From assembly GCF_009914755.1 (NCBI RefSeq), contig NC_060948.1: a DNA stretch of 64,000 nucleotides, one strand, 5' to 3'. The DNA comes from the human T2T-CHM13v2.0 reference genome, Homo sapiens. The notes under the pieces were generated by a model. The model did not search any database, was not told the DNA's origin, and saw only the letters and a list, made by a program, of their open reading frames with translations. Both the position numbers and the translations under genes were made by a program. Below are positions 55,523 through 64,000 of this stretch, piece after piece; the first letter of the stretch is position 1; the number at the start of each line of letters is the position of its first letter.

Positions 55523-58500
55523 ATATAATGAAATGGAATGGACTCGAATGGAATGTACTAGAGTTGAATGGAATCGAAAGGAATTTAAAACAATGGAAAG
55601 GAAAGGAAGGGAATTGAAAGGAACGGAATAGAATGGAACGGAATCGGATGGAACGGAATTGAATGGAATGGAAACTAAAGGAATAGAATAGAAAGGAATG
55701 CCATTGAATGGAATGGAATGGAATAAGATGGAACAGAATGGAATGGAATAGAATTGAATGGAATGGCATCGAATGGATTGGAATGGAATGTAATGGAATG
55801 GAATGGAAAGGAACGGAATGGACTCGAATGGAATGTACTGAAATGGAATAGAATAGAATGGAATGGAAGTAAATATAATGGACTCGAGTGGAATGGATTG
55901 GAATAAATTGGAATTGAATGTATTGGATTCGAATGGAAAGGAATGGAATGGAATGGAATGGAATGGAATGGAATGGAATGGAATGGAATGGAATGGATTC
56001 GAATGGAATGGAACGAATTGGAATGTAATTGAATGGAGTCGAAAACAGTAGAAAGAAAAGAAGTTTAATCGAATGATATAGAATGGAATTGAATGGAATG
56101 TACGCGAATGGAATGGACTGGAATGGAATGGAGTGACATGTAATGGAATCGAAAGGAATGGAATCGAATGAAATGGAATTGAATGGAATAGAAAGGAATA
56201 GAATGGAATGGAGTTTAATGGAAAGATATTAAAAGTAATGGAATGGAATTGAGTGGACACAAATGGAATGGACTGGAATGGAAAGGACTCGAATGAAATG
56301 GAGCGCATTAGAATGGACTCGAATGGAATGGATTGGAGTGGAATGGTCTCGAATGGATTGGAAACGAATGTAATGGAAAGGAATAGAATGGAATGTAATC
56401 AACTGGAAAGAAATGTAATGGAATGGGTTCAACTGGAACAGAATTGAATGGAGTGGAATTGAATGGAATGGAATGCAATCGAATGGAATGCACACGAATG
56501 GAATAGAATGAAATGAAAGGGCATAGAATGGAATGGAATGGAATGGAATGGAATGGAATGGTATGGAATGGAATGGAATGGTATGGAATGAAATGGATTG
56601 GAATGGGATGTTCCCAAAAGTAATGGACTCAAATAAAAGGGACTCAAATAGAATGAATTGGAAAGAAACGGTCTCGAATGTAATTTATTCGAATAGAATG
56701 ATATTGAATGGAATGCAATAATAATAAATGGTATCGAATAGAATGGAATAGAATGGAATGGAATGGAACGGAATGGAGTGCATTTGAACGGACTCCAATG
56801 CAACAAATTGCAATATAATTGATTCAAATGGAATGGAATCGAATAGAATGTAAACAAATGGAATGGAAGGCAATGCAATTGAAAGGAATCGAATGAAATG
56901 GAATAAATGGGATGGAATCGAATGGAAAGGACGCGAATATAATGGACTGTTAAGGAAAGGCCTCGAATCGAATTTATTCCAATAGAATGGAATCGAATGG
57001 AATGCAATACTATTGAATCGAATCAAATGGAATGGAATTGAATGGAATGGACAGGAATGGAATGAACTGGAAATGAATGGACAAGAACGTAATATAGTGC
57101 AATGTAATTTATTCAAATGGAATGGAATGCAATCGAATGGATTGGACTCGATTGGAATGGACTGGAGTGGAATGGACTGAAATGGAATGGAAACGAATGT
57201 AATGGAATGGAACGGAAAGCAAAGGAATCTACTGTAATAGAATCGAACGGAACAGAAAGGAATGGAATGGAATGGAGTGGAATGGACTCGAATGGAATGT
57301 ATTCGAATGTAATGGACCGGAAAGGAATGGAATCCAATGGAATGGAATTGAATGGAATCAAAAGGAATAGAAAGGAATAGAGTGTAATTGAATGATATCG
57401 AATGGAAGGGAATGGAATGAAGTCGAATGGAATGCACTGGAATGGAATGGACACGATCAGAACGGACTGGAGAGGAATGTACACAAATGGAATGGAAACG
57501 AATGGAATGGAATGAAAAGGAATGGAATGAAATGGAATTGAAAGGAACGGAATGAAATGGAATGGAATGGAATGGAATGGATTGGAATAGAATGGATTCA
57601 AATAAAATACAATCGATTGGAATGGTATTGAATGGAAGGGACTTGAATGGAATGGAAAGCAATGGAAGATATTCGAATTGAATGGCATCGAATGAAATGG
57701 AATGGAACGCAATGGAACGGACCCGAATGGAATGGAATGGACTCAAATGTAATGGACTCGAATGGAATCGACTGAAATATAATAGACTCGAATGGAATGG
57801 CCTGGAGCGGAATTTATTTGAATAGAATGGAATCAAATGGAATACAATAGTATTGAATGGAATAGAATGGAATGGAATCGAATTTAATGTAATCCAATGG
57901 AATGGAACGGAATTCAATATAATGGAGTAGAATGGAATGCATTGGAAAGCAGCAGAGCGGAATCGAGTGGAATGGAATCGAGTGGAATGGAATCAAAGGG
58001 AACGAAATCGAATTGAATGGACTTGAATGGAATTGACTCGAAAGGAATTGACTCGAAAGGAATGGACTGGAACAAAAAGGAATCAAATGGACAGGAATGG
58101 AATGGAATGGACTCGAATGGAATGGAGTCAAATGCAAACGCATCGAATGGAATGGATTCAAATGGAATGCAATTGAATGGAATAGAAAGGAAGAGAATGG
58201 AATTGAGAGTAATGGAAATATATGGATTGGAATGAAATGGAATGGAAAGGAATTGAATGGAAAGGAATGGACTCGAAAGAAATGGATTGGAATGGAATGG
58301 TCTCCAACGGAATGGACTGGAGTGGAATGGAATCGAATGGAATGAAAAGAATGGAACGGAATGGAACTGAAAGGAATAGAAAGTTATGGAATCCGATGGG
58401 ACAGAATGGAATGGAATGGACTTTCATGAAATGGAGTCGAATAGAGTGGCATCAAAAGGAATGGAATGGAATGGAGTGGACTCAAAAGGAATGGACTCAA

Positions 58501-61072
58501 AAGGAATGGAGTCGAACCAAATTGAATCAAATGGATTGGAGTCGAACAGAACGGAATGGAATGGAATGAACTCGACTGGAGTAGAGAGGAATATAAAGGA
58601 ATAGAATGGAATGTAATCAAATGGATTGCAAGCGAATGGAATCAAAAATAATAGAAAGGAATGGAGTGTAAAGGGATGATATTGAATAAAATGGAATGGA
58701 ATGGAATTTAATGGAATGGAGTCGAAGGAATGGACAGGAATGTAATGGACTCCAATGGAATGGAATGGATGAAAATGGATTTGAACAGATTGGTATCGAA
58801 CGGAATGGAATGCAGTGGAATGGAATGGACTCGAATGGAGAAGAGACAAATGGAATGGAAACGAATTCAATGGAATTGAAAAGAATAGAATGGAATGGCG
58901 TGTAATGGTAAGATACTAAATGGAATGGAATTGAATGGAATGTAATGGAATGAAACCAAATGTAATGCACTCAAATGGAATATACTCAAATAGAATGGAA
59001 TCGAAAGGAAAGGTCTCCAATGGAATTTATTCAATACAATGGAATCAAAAGAAATGCAATAGAAAGAAAAGGAATCGAATGTAATGGAATCAAATAGTAT
59101 GGACCAGAATGGAATGGACTGCCATAGAACGGACTGCAGTGTAATGGATTGAATTCTAATTCATTCAAATGGAATGGAATTGAATGGAATGGAATCCAAT
59201 GGAATGGATAGGATTGTACTGGAATGGAATAGCATGGAATGCAACGGAGTGGAATGGAGTTGAATGAAGTGGAATGGAATCGATTGGAATGGAATCAAAT
59301 GGAATGGACGGGAATGGAATGGACTGGAAGAGAACAGACTCGAATATAATGGATTGCAATGTAATTGATTCAAATGGAATGGAATCGAATGGAATGTAAT
59401 AAAATTGAAGGGATTGGAGTTCAATGCAATGGAATAGAATGGAATGCAAAGGAAAGAAAAGGCACGGAGTGAAATCGAGTGCAATGGAATCGAATGGAAT
59501 GAAATCGAATGGAATGGACTCAAAAGAAATGGACGAGGGACAAAACGGAATCGAACTGATTGGAATGGAACGGAAGGGAATGGAATGGAATGGTCTCCAT
59601 TGGATGGGAGTAGAACGGATTGGAATGGAATGGAATGAAATGGAATGGAAAGGAATTGAATGGAATGGAATGGAATGGAAGGTAATGGAAAGATATCAAA
59701 CGGATTGGAAAGGAATGGAATGGACCCTAATGGAATGGAATGGAATTCAACAGAAACGAACGGAATGGACTGGAGTGAAATGGAGTCGAATGTAATTGAG
59801 TGGAGAGGAATGGACTCGAAAGGAATGGACTCGAATAGAATGGACTGGAATGGATTGTACTCGAATGGAGTGGAAAGGAATAAAATGGATTCCACCAGAT
59901 TGGAATGGAACAGAATGTAATGGAATGGAATGGAATGCAATGGAATGGCTCGAATGCAATGGAAGAGAAAGGAAAGGAATTGAATGGTATTGAAAGTAAT
60001 AGAATTAAATGGAGTGCAAAGGAATGATATCGAATGGAATGGATCGAAAAGAAATAGAATGGAATGGACAGGAATGGAATGGAATAGAATGGAATAGACT
60101 GGCGTGCAATGCAAACGAATGGAATGGAAACGAATGGAATGGAATGGAAAGGAATGGAGTAGAATAAATACAATGGAATGGAATGGAATGGAGGCGAAAG
60201 GAAAAGAATGGATTGGAGTGTCACCGAATGGAAAGATATGGAATGGAAAGGAATGGATACGAATGGAATGGAATAGAAAGGAACGGAAAGGTAAAGAATG
60301 GAATGGAATCGGATAGAATGGAATGCAATGTAATGGAGTCGAATGGAAAATAATCGAGTAGAATGATATCGAACGGAATGGAATTTAATAGAATGGAATG
60401 GAATGGAATGGACTCGAATGGAATGTACTCAAATGGATTAGAATAGAATGGAGTGGAAATAAACGTAGTGAACTCGAATGGAATGGACACTAATAGAATG
60501 GAAGAGAAAGGAATGGTATTGAATGGAATTTATTCGAATAGAATGGAATTCAACGGAATGCAACAGTGTGGCATGGAATCAAATGGAATGGAATCGAATG
60601 GCATGGACCTGAGTGGAATGGACTCACATAGAAGAGCCTCGAATGTAATGGATTACAATGTATTAGATTCGAAAGGACTGAAATCGAATGGAATGTAATC
60701 AAATAGAACGGAACTGAATGCGTGGAATGGCATAGAAAGTAATGCAATGGAATGGAATAGACTGGAAAGGAATGGAATCGGATGGAATGTAATGAAATGT
60801 AATGGAAGGAATGCCATGCAATGGAATGGAATGCAATGCAATGGGACGGTGTATAATGGAGTGCAATGGATTTCAGTGGAATGTAGTGAAAAGGAATGAA
60901 ATAGAATGGGATTCAATATAATGGAATGGCATCCAATGGCAAGGGATGGAGCGGACTCCAATGGAAACATGAAAGGAATATAATATAATGGAATGGTATT
61001 GAACGAAATGGAATGCAATGGAGTTAAAAGGTAAAATATCGAATGGAAAAGAATTGTATGGACTCGAATGGA
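55523..61072 (+). repeat. Higher-order unit copy 11 (5550 bp, haplotype C)
   Basis: Landmark variants at 55523 and 61073. C-diagnostic variants throughout. Confidence 0.93.
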
Positions 61073-64000
61073 ATATAATGAAATGGAATGGACTCGAATG
61101 GAATGTACTAGAGTTGAATGGAATCGAAAGGAATTTAAAACAATGGAAAGGAAAGGAAGGGAATTGAAAGGAACGGAATAGAATGGAACGGAATCGGATG
61201 GAACGGAATTGAATGGAATGGAAACTAAAGGAATAGAATAGAAAGGAATGCCATTGAATGGAATGGAATGGAATAAGATGGAACAGAATGGAATGGAATA
61301 GAATTGAATGGAATGGCATCAAATGGATTGGAATGGAATGTAATGGAATGGAATGGAAAGGAATGGAATGGACTCGAATGGAATGTACTGAAATGGAATA
61401 GAATAGAATGGAATGGAAGTAAATATAATGGACTCGAGTGGAATGGATTGGAATAAATTGGAATTGAATGTATTGGATTCGAATGGAAAGGAATGGAATG
61501 GAATGGAATGGAATGGAATGGAATGGAATGGAATGGAAGGGATTCGAATGGAATGGAACGAATTGGAATGTAATTGAATGTAGTCGAAAGCAGTAGAAAG
61601 AAAAGAAGTTTAATCAAATGATATCGAATGGAATTGAATGGAATGTACGCTAATGGAATGGACTGGAATGGAATGGAGTGACATGTAATGGAATCGAAAG
61701 GAATGGAATCGAATGAAATGGAATTGAATGGAATAGAAAGGAATAGAATGGAATGGAGTTTAATGGAAAGATATTAAAAGTAATGGAATGGAATTGAGTG
61801 GACACAAATGGAATGGACTGGAATGGAAAGGACTCGAATGAAATGGAGCGCATTAGAATGGACTCGAATGGAATGGATTGGAGTGGAATGGTCTCGAATG
61901 GATTGGAAACGAATGTAATGGAAAGGAATAGAATGGAATGTAATCAACTGGAAAGAAATGTAATGGAATGGGTTCAACTGGAACAGAATTGAATGGAGTG
62001 GAATTGAATGGAATGGAATGCAATCGAATGGAATGCACACGAATGGAATAGAATGAAATGAAATGGCATAGAATGGAATGGAATGGAATGGAATGGAATG
62101 GAATGGAATGGAATGGAATGGAATGGAATGGCATGGAATGGAATGGAATGGTATGGAATGAAATGGATTGGAATGGGATGTTCCCAAAAGTAATGGACTC
62201 AAATAAAAGGGACTCAAATAGAATGAATTGGAAAGAAACGGTCTCGAATGTAATTTATTCGAATAGAATGATATTGAATGGAATGCAATAATATGGAATG
62301 GTATCGAATAGAATGGAATAGAATGGAATGGAATGGAACGGAATGGAGTGCATTTGAACGGACTCCAATGCAACAAATTACAATATAATTGATTCAAATG
62401 GAATGGAATCGAATAGAATGTAAACAAATGGAATGGAAGGCAATGCAATGGAAAGGAATCGAATGAAATGGAATAAATGGGATGGAATCGAATGGAAAGG
62501 ACGCGAATATGATGGACTGTTAAGGAAAGGCCTCGAATCGAATTTATTCCAATAGAATGGAATCGAATGGAATGCAATACTATTGAATCGAATCAAATGC
62601 AATGGAATTGAATGGAATGGACAGGAATGGAATGAACTGGAAGTGAATGGACAAGAACGTAATATAGTGCAATGTAATTTATTCAAATGGAATGGAATGC
62701 AATCGAATGGAATGGACTCGATTGGAATGGACTGGAGTGGAATGGACTGAAATGGAATGGAAACGAATGTAATGGAATGGAACGGAAAGCAAAGGAATCT
62801 ACTGTAATAGAATCGAACGGAACAGAAAGGAATGGAATGGAATGGAGTGGAATGGACTGGAATGGAATGTATTCGAATGTAATGGACCGGAAAGGAATGG
62901 AATCCAATGGAATGGAATTGAATGGAATCAAAAGGAATAGAAAGGAATAGAGTGTAATTGAATGATATCGAATGGAAGGGAATGGAATGAAGTCGAATGG
63001 AATGCACTGGAATTGAATAGACACGATCAGAATGGGCTGGAGAGGAATGTACACAAATGGAATGGAAACGAATGGAATGGAATGAAAACGAATGGAATGA
63101 AATGGAATTGAAAGGAACGGAATGAAATGGAATGGAATGGAATGGAATGGATTGGAATAGAATGGATTCAAATAAAATAGAATCGATTGGAATGGTATTG
63201 AATGGAAGGGACCTGAATGGAATGGAAAGCAATGGAAGATATTCGAATTGAATGGCATCGAATGAAATGGAATGGAACGCAATGGAACGGACCCGAATGG
63301 AATGGAATGGACTCAAATGTAATGGACTCGAATGGAATCGACTGAAATATAATAGACTCGAATGGAATGGCCTTGAGCGGAATTTATTTGAATAGAATGG
63401 AATCAAATGGAATACAATAGTATTGAATGGAATAGAATGGAATGGAATCGAATGGAATGTAATCCAATGGAATGGAACGGAATTCAATATAATGGAGTAG
63501 AATGGAATGCATTGGAAAGCAGCAGAGTGGAATCGAGTGGAATGGAATCGAGTGGAATGGAATCAAAGGGAACGAAATCGAATTGAATGGAGTTGAATGG
63601 AATTGACTCGAAAGGAATTGACTCGAAAGGAATGGACTGGAACAAAAAGGAATCAAATGGACAGGAATGGAATGGAATGGACTCGAATGGAATGGAGTCA
63701 AATGCAAACGCATCGAATGGAATGGATTCAAATGGAATGCAATTGAATGGAATAGAAAGGAAGAGAATGGAATTGAGAGTAATGGAAAGATATGGATTGG
63801 AATGAAATGGAATGGAAAGGAATTGAATGGAAAGGAATGGACTCGAAAGAAATGGATTGGAAAGGAATGGTCTCCAATGGAATGGACTGGAGTGGAATGG
63901 AATCGAATGGAATGAAAAGAATGGAACGGAATGGAACGGAAAGGAACAGAAAGTTATGGAATCCGATGGGACAGAATGGAATGGAATGGACTTTCATGAA
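61073..64000 (+). repeat. Higher-order unit copy 12, truncated by the window end (haplotype C)
   Basis: Landmark variant at 61073. Ends at the CTTTCATGAA landmark, which lies at ~2870 in copy 1. Confidence 0.93.

Larger units (their letters stand above)
1..64000 (+). repeat. Satellite III (HSat3)-type tandem array of diverged GGAAT pentamers, purine-rich strand on +, runs off both window ends
   Basis: Every line consists of GGAAT and its variants (CGAAT, AGAAT, TGAAT, GGACT, GGAAA, GTAAT, CAAAT). Pure (GGAAT)n runs occur, e.g. 978-1027 and 4628-4682. The HSat2-type CATTCGATTC/GATGAT pattern does not dominate. The family name comes from established knowledge; subfamily and chromosome are not determined. 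Confidence 0.97.

Noticed and set aside
116-63997. Hundreds of ORFs on both strands, up to 430 aa (e.g. 44636-45919, 51132-52424, 56685-57917 on the minus strand)
   Set aside because: They are translations of the pentamer (MEWNG on +, IPFHS on -). (ATTCC)n has no stop codons, so long minus-strand ORFs are expected. They overlap in all frames, their ends vary between copies with 5-bp indels, and they show no recognisable domain.
1-64000. CRISPR-like or other repeat-spacer system
   Set aside because: There are no conserved direct repeats separated by unique spacers. All intervening sequence is itself diverged GGAAT and recurs every ~5.55 kb. No cas-like or other real genes are present.
44430-64000. 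Possible ~11.1 kb dimeric super-repeat, since copies 9 and 11 share alleles that copy 10 lacks
   Set aside because: Copy 12 carries the copy 9/11 allele (AAGTTATGGAATCCGATGGG at ~63951), not the copy 10 allele. A mosaic copy 10 explains the pattern better than alternation.
1-64000. Assignment to DYZ1 (Yq12), D15Z1, HSat2, alpha satellite or telomeric repeat
   Set aside because: The period is ~5.55 kb rather than ~3.6 or ~1.8 kb. There is no dominant HSat2 motif, 171-bp monomer, CENP-B box or TTAGGG array. The locus cannot be named without a database search.

Overview
The whole 64-kb window is one uninterrupted, single-orientation array of diverged (GGAAT)n/(ATTCC)n pentamers, i.e. primate/human Satellite III (HSat3)-type pericentromeric heterochromatin. 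I see no genes, RNA genes, transposon insertions, CRISPR array or inversion. All ORFs in the track are translation artefacts of the pentamer (MEWNG / IPFHS). The pentamers are organised into a ~5.5-5.6 kb higher-order unit: 11 full copies plus one partial, 5515-5581 bp each. The informative structure is evolutionary. Three sequence haplotype blocks are visible (A ~1-27.8 kb, B ~27.8-47.1 kb, C ~47.2-64 kb). There is a near-perfect recent triplication at 1-16.3 kb, a chimeric unit at ~47.2 kb, and a ~1 kb B-type patch inside a C-type unit (~52.8-53.85 kb). An older ~165-bp module is nested several times inside each unit, and it indicates that the C haplotype is closest to the ancestral state. 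All comparisons were made by eye. Species, chromosome and HSat3 subfamily cannot be established without a search. I found no evidence for a new protein- or RNA-encoded system.
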